This document shows positions 1-9,027 of a stretch of 64,000 nt of DNA, piece after piece. A program made the position numbers and the translations under genes. Positions within the stretch are counted from its first letter, which is position 1. Every line of letters begins with the position of its first letter. The stretch is from assembly GCA_955652395.1 (NCBI GenBank), contig CATPBJ010000100.1, positions 497-64,496 of the forward strand, in the 5' to 3' direction. The DNA is from an uncultured Terriglobales bacterium. GTDB lineage: Bacteria; Acidobacteriota; Terriglobia; Terriglobales; Acidobacteriaceae. A model generated the notes under the pieces. The model made no database searches. It had not been told where the DNA came from and saw only the letters and a list, made by a program, of their open reading frames with translations.

Positions 1-773
1 CGGGTAATGGCCCCAAGAACATTTTCGTCTTTGGTTATCGCCTCAGGGTCGATATCAGTTACGAGCGATGTCACCTCCTTCGCGTCTGACTTGCGGTGCG
101 GGCTGGTAACTGGCTCTTCCGTTTCCGGCACGAACATTTTTGCCATCAGGATGGTGCCGGGCGCCGTCATAATTACCGCGCTAAGCAGATGCTTGGCCTC
201 GACGCCGTAGAGAATGTAGGCGCCCATAATGCCGCCGGAGACATGGGCCATGCCCGCGGTCATGACCGTCATCATTTCAGAGCGCGTCAGCGACGGCAGG
301 TAGGGACGAATGGTGAGCGGAGCCTCGGTCTGGCCCATGAAGATGCTGGCAGCGACGTCCAGCGATTCCGCCCCGCTCGCGCCCATGCGAATCATGAGCT
401 TTGCCATCTGGCGAATGATGAATTGCATCACGCCATAGTGATAGAGCACCGCAAAAAATGCCGAAATAAAAATTACGGTGGGCAAGACCTGGAAGGCAAA
501 GATCATTCCCAGCGAGCCCCCCTTGCGGCCCAATTCGCCAAATACAAGCTGGGAGCCCGCGAAAGAGTACTCCAAAAACTTCTCGACACCATGGCCTGCC
601 CACTCCAGCAAGTTACGGCCAAAGTTGAACCGCAAGACAAAGAGGGCAAACAGGAACTGCAGGAAAAGTCCCAAGGCCACAGTCTTGACCCGAATGGCGC
701 GCCGGTCGCTTGAAAACAGGTACGCCAGGCCCAGCATGGTAATCAGGCCCAAAAGCCCGGTCAGACGGCCCAT
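1..773 (-). CDS. nupC: NupC-family concentrative nucleoside transporter (3' end runs off the window)
   Basis: Absent from the ORF track because it has no in-window stop. The reverse-strand ATG at 773-771 opens a frame reading MGRLTGLLGLITMLGLAYLFSSDRRAIRVKTVALGLF... that stays hydrophobic to position 1. The SSDR-x-IR segment after TM1 matches my recollection of the E. coli NupC N-terminus. It lies 94 nt downstream of deoA on the same strand. Confidence 0.75.
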   Translation of the reverse strand, partial: MGRLTGLLGLITMLGLAYLFSSDRRAIRVKTVALGLFLQFLFALFVLRFNFGRNLLEWAGHGVEKFLEYSFAGSQLVFGELGRKGGSLGMIFAFQVLPTVIFISAFFAVLYHYGVMQFIIRQMAKLMIRMGASGAESLDVAASIFMGQTEAPLTIRPYLPSLTRSEMMTVMTAGMAHVSGGIMGAYILYGVEAKHLLSAVIMTAPGTILMAKMFVPETEEPVTSPHRKSDAKEVTSLVTDIDPEAITKDENVLGAIT

Positions 774-867
774 TCGCGCCTCCTGGCCATGCCGGTTGAA
801 AGTTGAGTTGCACTAAACTCGGGACAAGCAAAGATGAACCTACTGCCGAAGCGCCGAACTTGGACAT

Positions 868-2241
868 TCATGCCTGTGCTCCCTTACCTGAAATGACGCG
901 ATGGATCAATGGCCGCCTCACGGCCGGAGGCTTCTCCGCCACCCGATACGCTTGTTGCAGCAGACTCTGCGCGCTGCTCAGCCGGGCATCGGAATTGTAA
1001 TGAACGCTGCAGAAGGGTTCGTCCTTCTGCACCGGGTCGCCGACTTTCTTGTGCAGAACGAGGCCGACCGCAGGATCAATCACGTCATCTTTCTTTTCGC
1101 GGCCGCCGCCCAGCACCAGGCTGGCGATTCCCACTTGCTCGCATTGGATGGCGTCTACGAATCCGCTGGCCGGACTGAGGACGGGCACGCGATTTTGTGC
1201 CTGGGGCAAGCGCGCGGGATCGTCAATAGCGCGGGCGTCGCCGCCCTGTTGCACAACGATCTCACGAAATTTCTTAAGTGCGTACTGGTTACGGATAACT
1301 TCGTCCGCCAACTCGCGGCCCGCGTCAACGCTCGGGGTACGGCCGGCCAGGTAGAGCATCCAGGCGGCGAGTTCCACCGAGACCTCACGCAGATCGGCAG
1401 GACCTTTGCCATTCATCACCTCGATGCACTCTTCGACTTCGAGGGCATTGCCGACCTTCAGGCCTAAAGGCTGGTCCATGTCGGTGATGAGCGCGACCAT
1501 CTTTTTGCCCATGCGCTCGCCGGTTTCGACCATGAGTTCGGCAAGGTGAGCGGAGTCCTTTTCGGTCTTCATGAACGCCCCACTGCCGGTTTTCACATCC
1601 AGCACGAGACCGTCGATGCCCTCGGCCAGCTTCTTGCTCATGATGGAGGCACAAATCAGATTTGGGCTCTCCACCGTCGCCGTCACGTCGCGCAGAGCGT
1701 AGAGCTTCTTGTCGGCCGGGGCGATCTCGGCGGTCTGGCCAATCAGCCCGCAGCCACAACTCTTGAGTACGCGGCGAAATTCGCTCAGCGACAAATCAAT
1801 GTTGAAGCCGGGAATGGATTGCAGTTTGTCCAGCGTGCCGCCGGTGTGACCCAGGCCGCGGCCGCTGATCATCGGAACAGTGACACCTGCGGCGGCTACG
1901 ACCGGCGCGATGATGAGCGATGTCTTGTCCCCCACGCCACCGGTGGAATGTTTGTCCACCTTGGCGCCCGGAATGTCGGACAGATCCAGCACCTCGCCGG
2001 AATGGAGCATGGCAGAGGTGAGCGCGCTCAATTCGGGACGGCTCATCCCGCGGATAACCACGGCCATCAGCCAGGCCGCCATTTGATAGTCGGGAATTTC
2101 GTCACGGGTATAGGCGCGGACGAGGAATCCGATCTCGTCGGAGTACAGTTCACCCCCATCGCGTTTCTTGCGGATAAGGTCGAGCGGGCGCATGGTGGGA
2201 GCGGACGGACTGGGACTGACTGTGGTCGAGGGTTTGGACAT
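868..2241 (-). CDS. deoA: thymidine / pyrimidine-nucleoside phosphorylase
   Basis: 457-aa ORF with RPLDLIRKKRDGGEL, KHSTGGVGDK and SGRGLGHTGGTLDKL motifs typical of the family. A GGAGA Shine-Dalgarno sits 4 nt upstream of the ATG at 2241. An alternative start is Met17 at 2193. Confidence 0.93.
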   Translation of the reverse strand: MSKPSTTVSPSPSAPTMRPLDLIRKKRDGGELYSDEIGFLVRAYTRDEIPDYQMAAWLMAVVIRGMSRPELSALTSAMLHSGEVLDLSDIPGAKVDKHSTGGVGDKTSLIIAPVVAAAGVTVPMISGRGLGHTGGTLDKLQSIPGFNIDLSLSEFRRVLKSCGCGLIGQTAEIAPADKKLYALRDVTATVESPNLICASIMSKKLAEGIDGLVLDVKTGSGAFMKTEKDSAHLAELMVETGERMGKKMVALITDMDQPLGLKVGNALEVEECIEVMNGKGPADLREVSVELAAWMLYLAGRTPSVDAGRELADEVIRNQYALKKFREIVVQQGGDARAIDDPARLPQAQNRVPVLSPASGFVDAIQCEQVGIASLVLGGGREKKDDVIDPAVGLVLHKKVGDPVQKDEPFCSVHYNSDARLSSAQSLLQQAYRVAEKPPAVRRPLIHRVISGKGAQA

Positions 2242-2383
2242 CTATCTCCAGGCGTCACGAACAGGGAAGCTTACCCTGAGAGATGGCTTGCGGGAAAGGT
2301 CAATGAGTAACCGGAGGTGGTTAGTCAAACCCATGGGCATGAAGGTAGCGGGCTGTTTAAATTCCTCGAGATTCGAAATCAAG

Positions 2384-3058
2384 ATGCCCGATTTCCCTGA
2401 GAAATTTAGCAGCTACGAAAAAGGTGCTGGTGGGACACTCAGTCGCGGGGCAGGAATTGAGTTCGGTGGGCACCCGGACCGCGTCGAGGGGTTGGTGTAC
2501 CTCGATGCCATGTATCCGTACGCGTTCGATAACGGCAAGGGACCGACCATGAAGGAGTTTCTAGATATCAGCGGACCTCAACCTCCACCTCCAGGTGAAT
2601 CCGACTCGGCCAGCGTCAGTGCACTACAAAAGTATTATATGCGAGTTCTTGGATTCACATTTCCCGAGGGAGAGCTCCGCCAGCAATGGATTTCCACTCC
2701 AGACGGACGGGTTGGGAAGCGGCGCGACTTTCCGGGTAACGCGATTTTATCCGCGATTATTACGACGGGCATGAAGAAGTACACGGATATTCCGGTACCC
2801 GCGCTTGTCATTCTCGTGAACCCCCACAGTCAAGGGATTTGGGTCGATAAGAGTACGGATCCCAAGGTGAGTGAGGCGGCCAAGGCTTATTTCGCAGCGT
2901 TAGTGGTTCTGAGAGATAGGCAGGCAAAAGCGTTTGAAAACGGCGTGCCCACCGCGCGTGTGGTTAACCTGTCTGGTGCGAATCATTACGTCTACTTGTC
3001 AAACGAGGCGGACGTGCTCCGTGAAATGCGTTCCTTTTTTAGCGGTCTAAGCGAATGA
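2384..3058 (+). CDS. alpha/beta-hydrolase fold protein, N-terminally truncated (possible pseudogene remnant)
   Basis: The C-terminal two thirds look like an alpha/beta hydrolase (HPDRVEGLVYLDA after a degenerate nucleophile elbow LSRGAG; C-terminal GANHYVYLSNEADV with the His). Only about 40 codons exist before the elbow, and the upstream DNA is deoA. The first roughly 100 aa of a normal fold are therefore missing. The start is uncertain (ATG 2303 or 2384). Confidence 0.45.
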   Translation: MPDFPEKFSSYEKGAGGTLSRGAGIEFGGHPDRVEGLVYLDAMYPYAFDNGKGPTMKEFLDISGPQPPPPGESDSASVSALQKYYMRVLGFTFPEGELRQQWISTPDGRVGKRRDFPGNAILSAIITTGMKKYTDIPVPALVILVNPHSQGIWVDKSTDPKVSEAAKAYFAALVVLRDRQAKAFENGVPTARVVNLSGANHYVYLSNEADVLREMRSFFSGLSE

Positions 3059-3082
3059 ATCGCCAAAAACAGCCCCTACCGA

Positions 3083-3153
3083 CATGACCCACAAAGGACA
3101 CGGAGGGGTCTTGGATTGACCCTTTCGGCAAACTTCGTGTCCTCGTGGTCATG
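3083..3153. repeat. REP-like imperfect palindromic element
   Basis: CATGACCCACAAAGGACACG (3083-3102) and CGTGTCCTCGTGGTCATG (3136-3153) are imperfect reverse complements flanking a 33-nt core. The element lies between convergent genes. Confidence 0.6.
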
Positions 3154-3189
3154 CGGCAGGCTTTCTACCCAAACCCGCTGACTCTGCCC

Positions 3190-3957
3190 CTAGTGGGTGT
3201 ATTTAAAGTTGCTGATATACATGTACCGCGTGATTCCCGTGGTGGCCGCGCCTCCCCAAGTTGATTTGTTGGTTCCCCACATGTTGAAGAGGAAGGGCGC
3301 CGGAGCGCTGGGCACCGCACGGGTGTGATGGACGACGAGCTTTCCGTCAACGTACCAGTCGACATAACTAGATCGCCAGACAATCCTGAAGTTATGACTG
3401 TTGCCCTGGTTGTAGCCGGTGATCTCGGTGTCCTGAAAGTTGGAGACTCCTTTCCAGTTCGTGCAATCCACCGCGCTCGCCTTGTTTCCGACCTGCTCCA
3501 TGTCGATTTCGGTCGCGGAGTTTGGTGCGTACAGAAAGCCCGACGAAACCGAACCTGAAGCCACATTTGCGATCCGGGAGGTGAATTCGAACGTGCCATA
3601 AGTAAAGGTCTGCTTGGTCCCAACTTCCGAACCGCTCGACAGAATCTGAGAGCCTTGCCGAGTCTGCCTGAGTGACAAGACGAGCTGAGAACCGACACTG
3701 ACATTCGATGGATGAAACGTGCCCACATTTCCGTTGATATTGCCGACTCGGGGAGCGGAACCACTATGGGTTTGCCAGGTGTATCCCCCGAAATTAAATT
3801 GACTCGGGCCTACGACCGACGCGCGGGGCGAGGCGCTGGCGGACGATCTGCCGTCCGCTTCATCCCCGGCGTTGTGAGGTGGTACAAAGGGCATACTCCC
3901 TCCACCGCAACCTACAAGAAACAGAATTGCCAAAACTAAAACACTTGTCCTCAACAT
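3190..3957 (-). CDS. glycoside hydrolase family 16 (beta-glucanase-like) lipoprotein
   Basis: 255 aa. It has a signal peptide with lipobox LVGC, a GH16-type catalytic motif EIDMEQ (E-x-D-x-x-E), and a concanavalin-like beta-sandwich signature (GFLY, FRIVW, VDWYVDG). Confidence 0.8.
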   Translation of the reverse strand: MLRTSVLVLAILFLVGCGGGSMPFVPPHNAGDEADGRSSASASPRASVVGPSQFNFGGYTWQTHSGSAPRVGNINGNVGTFHPSNVSVGSQLVLSLRQTRQGSQILSSGSEVGTKQTFTYGTFEFTSRIANVASGSVSSGFLYAPNSATEIDMEQVGNKASAVDCTNWKGVSNFQDTEITGYNQGNSHNFRIVWRSSYVDWYVDGKLVVHHTRAVPSAPAPFLFNMWGTNKSTWGGAATTGITRYMYISNFKYTH

Positions 3958-4157
3958 AGAATGTCCTTTTGAATAGGGATAGGGATCGATGGACGAATCC
4001 CTTGGTGGCCAGAAAAAATGCAGGGGCCCAAGTACGAAAACAGGAGTTAATGTTGTAGACGAAGAAGCGGCCCGCAGAGTATAGCAAAATTTAGGCTTCT
4101 AGGGTTCCTTGCAGATTATTTATTTGCCGGCTCGGTGCGGCACGGTTCGCCACCTGG

Positions 4158-4562
4158 TCACAGCCGAAAACCCTCAGGCAGCAACTTTGTGATCGCCATT
4201 TGCTCAGTGCCGGACTGACCGCGAAACAGAATCAGAGCGTCCGGGCCGAATTCAAAGATGACCTGGCGGCAGGCTCCGCACGGAGCGCAGGGGCCATCGT
4301 TTGCGGTCGCCACCGCAACAGCCTTAATCGTCATGTCGCTTCCTTCGGCTGCGACTGCGGCAAAAATGGCGTTGCGCTCGGCGCAGATGGTCAGGCCGTA
4401 GGAGGCGTTCTCCACGTTGCAGCCCTGATACAGCGTGCCACGCTCGGTGAGTACTGTCGCTCCCACCTTGAAGTTGGAATATGGGGCGTGGGCATTCTTG
4501 AAGGCGGCGCGGGCTGCGGCCAGCATTTGTTCTTGTTGTTCGGCGGAAATGGTCATGGGCAT
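4158..4562 (-). CDS. cdd: cytidine deaminase
   Basis: The PYSNFKVGA, CAERNA and PCGACRQ zinc-ligand motifs are present. The ORF extends to 4769, but that N-terminal extension is Arg-rich junk. The ATG at 4562 is preceded by AAGAAAGAG; ATG 4583 and 4556 are alternatives. Confidence 0.9.
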   Translation of the reverse strand: MPMTISAEQQEQMLAAARAAFKNAHAPYSNFKVGATVLTERGTLYQGCNVENASYGLTICAERNAIFAAVAAEGSDMTIKAVAVATANDGPCAPCGACRQVIFEFGPDALILFRGQSGTEQMAITKLLPEGFRL

Positions 4563-4753
4563 CGGTCTAATCTCTTTCTTCATATGAGCAGTGGGCTGAA
4601 ACAGCCAACCGCAGCGGGCTAGAGCCGGATCTAATTTGGCGACTCGTGGCACGACTGAAGTCGTGCTCTTCCCAGAGCGGAGGAGCGTTTTTCGGCAACG
4701 ATAAAGTCGTGCCCTTCTAACTTGCGCGAAGCAAGAACTCCTCCACGGCCTAA

Positions 4754-6145
4754 CTAAATCGCCGGGCAAGCGCCGCGCTTGATGAACTCACCCTGTCCGC
4801 CGCGGCCAAAGAACTTGTCGCCTTCGACCAGGACACGTCCTCGGGACAGCACGACGTCCGGCATTCCCGTTACCTTTATACCTTCGAACATCGAATAATC
4901 CACACGCATATGATGGGTCTTGGCGCTGATGGTGTGCTCGCGCTTGGGGTCAAAGATGACCAGGTCGGCGTCGCTGCCGACTGCGACCGTGCCCTTGCGG
5001 GGATAGAGACCGAAAAGTTTGGCCGGGGTGGTCGAGACCAGTTCGACGAAGCGATTTACGCCGAAGCGTCCTTGCGCGACCCCACCCGAGAACACCAGGC
5101 TCATGCGATGCTCGATGCCGGGGCCGCCGTTGGGAATCTTAGTGAAGTCACCAATTCCCATTTCCTTCTGTTCCTTGTAACAAAACGGACAATGGTCGGT
5201 TGAGACTACCTGCAGATGGTCGTGCGTCAGCCCCTTCCACAATTTCTCCTGATGCCACTTTTCCCGCAGTGGCGGAGTGAAAACATACTTGGCGCCTTCA
5301 AATCCGGGCGCGTCCATGTTTTCGAGCGAGAGGTAAAGATATTGGGGACAGGTCTCGGCATAGACGGGCAGGCCGCGATCACGGGCCTCGCGAACTTTCT
5401 CCAGAGCATCGTTGCAACTGAGATGCACGATATAAACCGGCGAACCTGCCATTTCTGCCAGAGCGATGGCGCGAGACGTGGCTTCGGCCTCGGCGGTGGT
5501 CGGACGGGTGAGCGCGTGGTATTTGGGAGCGGTCTTGCCTTCGGCCAGGGCCTGCTTGACTATCACGTCAATGGCTCCTCCGTTTTCCGCATGCATGCAG
5601 ACCATGGCTCCGGCGTTGGCTGAAGTACGCATCGCCTTGAAGATGCTGGCATCGTCGAGCATGAACACACCCGGGTAGGCCATGAAGAGCTTGAAACTGC
5701 TGATGCCTTCGCGTACCAGTTGAGGCATTTCGGCCAGCTGCGCATCGGGGAGGTCGGTGATGATGCAGTGGAATCCGTAATCGGCAACCGCTTTGGAGGA
5801 CGCCTTCTGCATCCAGGCGTCGAAGGCGGTGCGCAGGGACTGGCCTTTGTACTGGATGGCAAAGTCGATCAGCGTGGTGGTGCCGCCGAAGGCGGCGGCG
5901 CGAGTGCCAGTTTCAAAATCGTCGGCGCTGGTGGTGCCTCCGAATGGCATATCGAGGTGGGTGTGCACATCGATTCCGCCGGGGAACACATACTTGCCTG
6001 CAGCGTCAATCAGGCGCTGGGCATTTTCGCGAGGCAGGCTGCTGCCGAGCGCGACCACTCTGCCGTTTTCGATCGCAACATCGGCCTGACAAGTGTCTGC
6101 AGCCGTGACCACGGTGCCGCCGGTAATGATGGTATCGAACCCCAT
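4754..6145 (-). CDS. hydA: dihydropyrimidinase / D-hydantoinase
   Basis: 463 aa. It shows the amidohydrolase metal motif GGIDVHTHLD and family-typical segments (FKLFMAY carbamylated-Lys region, VHLS, STDHCPF). Confidence 0.92.
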   Translation of the reverse strand: MGFDTIITGGTVVTAADTCQADVAIENGRVVALGSSLPRENAQRLIDAAGKYVFPGGIDVHTHLDMPFGGTTSADDFETGTRAAAFGGTTTLIDFAIQYKGQSLRTAFDAWMQKASSKAVADYGFHCIITDLPDAQLAEMPQLVREGISSFKLFMAYPGVFMLDDASIFKAMRTSANAGAMVCMHAENGGAIDVIVKQALAEGKTAPKYHALTRPTTAEAEATSRAIALAEMAGSPVYIVHLSCNDALEKVREARDRGLPVYAETCPQYLYLSLENMDAPGFEGAKYVFTPPLREKWHQEKLWKGLTHDHLQVVSTDHCPFCYKEQKEMGIGDFTKIPNGGPGIEHRMSLVFSGGVAQGRFGVNRFVELVSTTPAKLFGLYPRKGTVAVGSDADLVIFDPKREHTISAKTHHMRVDYSMFEGIKVTGMPDVVLSRGRVLVEGDKFFGRGGQGEFIKRGACPAI

Positions 6146-6259
6146 TGGCTATTCCCCTGTGCTGCGAGAGTCCCGTCTGCCGGACAGAAGCGTGATGTAT
6201 TCTATTCTACAAACTGAGGAACTCATTTTTGCCCTCCACGGGCCGCCAAAGAGAAGAGC

Positions 6260-7258
6260 ATGAAGTTCGGCATCACCCTCAAACCCGATATTTCAGTCGA
6301 GCGCATCGTCGCGCTGACCCAGCAGGCGGAAGGTGCGGGATTCGAATACGGCTGGATTTTCGACTCTCACGTGCTGTGGAAGGAGCCCTACCCGCTGCTT
6401 ACCTTGATGGCAAACGCGACGCGCAGCATGCGGCTGGGGCCGTGCGTGACCAATCCGGCGGTACGCGACCTTACCGTTACCGCCAGTCTTTTTGCGACTC
6501 TAAACCTGATTTCTGGCGGACGCATGGAGCTGGGTATCGGGCGTGGCGACAGCTCGCGGCGAGTGTTGGGCAAGAAGCCCGTCACTCCGGCGGAGTTGGA
6601 GCGCGCTGTCGTGACCTTTCGCGAACTCACCGCGGGACACGAAGTGCAATACGAAGGTCAGCCTGCCCGGCTCACCTGGGCAACCGGCTCTCCTCCGGTC
6701 TGGATCGCGGGTTATGGACCGAAGGTTTTGAGCCTGGCGGGGCGCATCGCGGATGGAGTGATCCTGCAATTTGCCGATCCCGACCTAATTGCCTGGTGCC
6801 TGGGTTTCGTCCGGCAAGGCGCTGCGGAAGCGGGTCGCGATCCAAAGTCGGTTGCAGTCATGGCAGCGGCCCCGGTGTGGGTTTCCGATGACCTTACGCT
6901 GGCGCGGCAACGGGTGAGGTGGTTTCCCGCGCTGGTTTCAAATCACGTGGTCGATCTGATCTCGCGCTACAAACCTGGGGAGCTGCCGGTGTCGCTGACT
7001 TCCTACGTGCAGGACCGCGCCGGATACGATTACCAGCATCATGCCGAGGTGGGCAGCGACAACGCAACCTTCGTTAGCGACGAAGTTGTCGACCGATTCT
7101 GCCTGCTGGGTTCGGTTGAGGCCCACCGTCAGAAACTGCGGAGGCTGGCGGAAGTGGGCGTAACGCAGTTCAATATTTATCTCATGTGCGGCGAGGAAGA
7201 GCAGACTTTGGAGAGTTACAAAAGGGAAGTGCTGCCGGGGTTTCTTGGAGTAGCTTAA
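6260..7258 (+). CDS. luciferase-like monooxygenase (LLM) class flavin/F420-dependent oxidoreductase
   Basis: 332 aa with MKFGITL...FEYGWIFDSH...RLGPCVTNP...GGRMELGIGRGDS, the typical LLM TIM-barrel N-terminal pattern. It is divergent from hydA. Confidence 0.8.
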   Translation: MKFGITLKPDISVERIVALTQQAEGAGFEYGWIFDSHVLWKEPYPLLTLMANATRSMRLGPCVTNPAVRDLTVTASLFATLNLISGGRMELGIGRGDSSRRVLGKKPVTPAELERAVVTFRELTAGHEVQYEGQPARLTWATGSPPVWIAGYGPKVLSLAGRIADGVILQFADPDLIAWCLGFVRQGAAEAGRDPKSVAVMAAAPVWVSDDLTLARQRVRWFPALVSNHVVDLISRYKPGELPVSLTSYVQDRAGYDYQHHAEVGSDNATFVSDEVVDRFCLLGSVEAHRQKLRRLAEVGVTQFNIYLMCGEEEQTLESYKREVLPGFLGVA

Positions 7259-7298
7259 GAAGTCGGGTGAACGAAAGCTCTGGGTGGTTCGATTTTCA

Positions 7299-7327
7299 GT
7301 TGTCAGTTTCCGGTTGTCAGTTGTCAG
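7299..7327. repeat. three copies of GTTGTCAG (short direct repeat)
   Basis: Copies lie at 7299-7306, 7313-7320 and 7320-7327, in the intergenic space after the LLM gene. Confidence 0.6.
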
Positions 7328-7359
7328 CGCGAACCGATTTCTGCTCGATCGAGTAACAT

Positions 7360-8991
7360 GTGCGGTTGGGAACGAACACTTTGGATTCGAACTCCGCGCA
7401 GATCGAAACCGGTTCCGATAAAACCACGGGCTCTGTGTGGTTTCGATTTCTGGTTCCCTCCACGACCGATCTGATCTTCATCATTCTGCTGCTGACTTTG
7501 AGTTGCGGGGTGCTGGCGCCGCGCCTGCTCGGGGATGCCAGCATTGGCTGGCATATCCGCAATGGCGAGCAGATGCTGCGCACGCAAGAGATCACGCGGA
7601 CCGACCCGTTTTCCACGACCATGGGCGGGCAGATTTGGTATGCGTGGGAATGGCTGTACGACGTCGTGATCGCCGGTATCCACCACTGGCTTGGGCTCAA
7701 CGGAGTCGTATTCTTCACCGCGGTGGTCATTGCCCTGACATTCGCTCTCGCCTTGCTCCTGTGCTTGCGGCGCGGCGCGGACCTGCCGATGGCGGCACTC
7801 CTCCTCGCCTTGACCCTGGGCGCTTCCATGATTCATCTGTTCGCCCGGCCCCACGTTCTGAGCTGGTTGTTCACCGTGATCTGGTTCCAAATCCTGGATA
7901 GCTCAGAGAGTGTGGATGGCCCTGAGCGCCAGCGGTTATGGTATCTGCCTGCACTGATGCTGCTGTGGGTCAACGTGCATGGTGGTTTTGTGTTGGGCTT
8001 TGTCCTGCTCGGACTCTATCTGCTGAGCAGCGCGATCCGCTACTTCCGGTGCCGAGATGAAGAAATGCACCAGCGCATTGCGACCCGGGTACGAGCCTTA
8101 GGAATCGTGACCCTGTGTTCGCTGGTGGCGAGTCTGATCAACCCCTACGGCTATGAACTCCACCTGCATGTTTACCGATATCTTTCCAGCCGCTGGCTGA
8201 TGAACCACATCGACGAGTTTCTCTCGCCCGATTTCCACGGCCTGGCCCAACAATGTTTTGTAGCGATTTTGTTGATCACGATCGTGGTGCTGGCTGTGGT
8301 GCGCAAAAAACCTTCACTCTCGCGGGTGCTGGTCTTGCTCTTTGCTACATATAGCGGCTTGTACGCCTCGCGTAGTCTTCCGGTTTCGACCCTGCTGCTC
8401 ACGCTGATTGTCGCGCCGCTCTGGACGCAAGCACTCGCAGATGCCAGCGCCAATCCGAGTCTCTCTTTAAGCCTAAGAGCGTTCCTTTCAGGATGGCAGT
8501 CGTTCACGTCGCGTGTGGGACACGTTGAACTGGGTTTCCGCGCTCATGGATGGCCGATGGCCGCGGTACTTTTGGGACTGCTGGTGTGTGCGCATCAGGG
8601 CCAGCTGGACTCGCGGCAATGGATGGGCGCGCAGTTCGACGCAGGACACTTTCCAGTGCAGGCCAGTGCCGTGATCGTCCATCTCGGCGTTCGCGAACCC
8701 ATCTTCGCTCCAGACTCCTGGGGCGGATACCTGATCTACCGTCTCTATCCTCAAAATAGAGTTTTCGTAGACGATCGCCACGACCTGTACGGGGAAGAAT
8801 TCCTGAGGAAGTACTTAAAGGCGATTCGGCTTACGCCCGACTGGGACGTGTTTCTGAACGAGAAGAAGGTAGATTGGGCGCTGCTGCCCACAGAATCCTC
8901 GCTGGCGAACATGCTGGAGGAGACGTCACAATGGAATCTGGTTTATCGGGATGGAACCGCGGTATTGCTGGAACGCAAGGAGAAAATGTAG
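7360..8991 (+). CDS. polytopic membrane protein, GT-C-glycosyltransferase-like (family uncertain)
   Basis: 543 aa with at least 10 hydrophobic segments. Motifs GWHIRNGE...TDPFS...WEWL and LLWVNVHGGF are followed by a C-terminal soluble domain (WGGYLIYRLYPQNRVFVDDR). It is a clear paralogue of ORF 19390-20859. The GTG start is uncertain. Confidence 0.6.
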   Translation: MRLGTNTLDSNSAQIETGSDKTTGSVWFRFLVPSTTDLIFIILLLTLSCGVLAPRLLGDASIGWHIRNGEQMLRTQEITRTDPFSTTMGGQIWYAWEWLYDVVIAGIHHWLGLNGVVFFTAVVIALTFALALLLCLRRGADLPMAALLLALTLGASMIHLFARPHVLSWLFTVIWFQILDSSESVDGPERQRLWYLPALMLLWVNVHGGFVLGFVLLGLYLLSSAIRYFRCRDEEMHQRIATRVRALGIVTLCSLVASLINPYGYELHLHVYRYLSSRWLMNHIDEFLSPDFHGLAQQCFVAILLITIVVLAVVRKKPSLSRVLVLLFATYSGLYASRSLPVSTLLLTLIVAPLWTQALADASANPSLSLSLRAFLSGWQSFTSRVGHVELGFRAHGWPMAAVLLGLLVCAHQGQLDSRQWMGAQFDAGHFPVQASAVIVHLGVREPIFAPDSWGGYLIYRLYPQNRVFVDDRHDLYGEEFLRKYLKAIRLTPDWDVFLNEKKVDWALLPTESSLANMLEETSQWNLVYRDGTAVLLERKEKM

Positions 8992-9027
8992 CGCCACTGC
9001 CGCCGTTCTGGAGTTGTGACTCGGACT

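Noticed and set aside
96-713. 205-aa plus-strand ORF and neighbouring short ORFs at the window start
   Set aside because: They are antisense or out of frame relative to the nupC permease frame, which is hydrophobic and family-like throughout. These ORFs are His/Arg/Ala-rich noise.
7281-7296. GGTTCGATT T-loop-like motif, considered as part of a tRNA
   Set aside because: The flanks allow no acceptor, D or anticodon arm pairing. The upstream 60 nt are the end of the LLM ORF.
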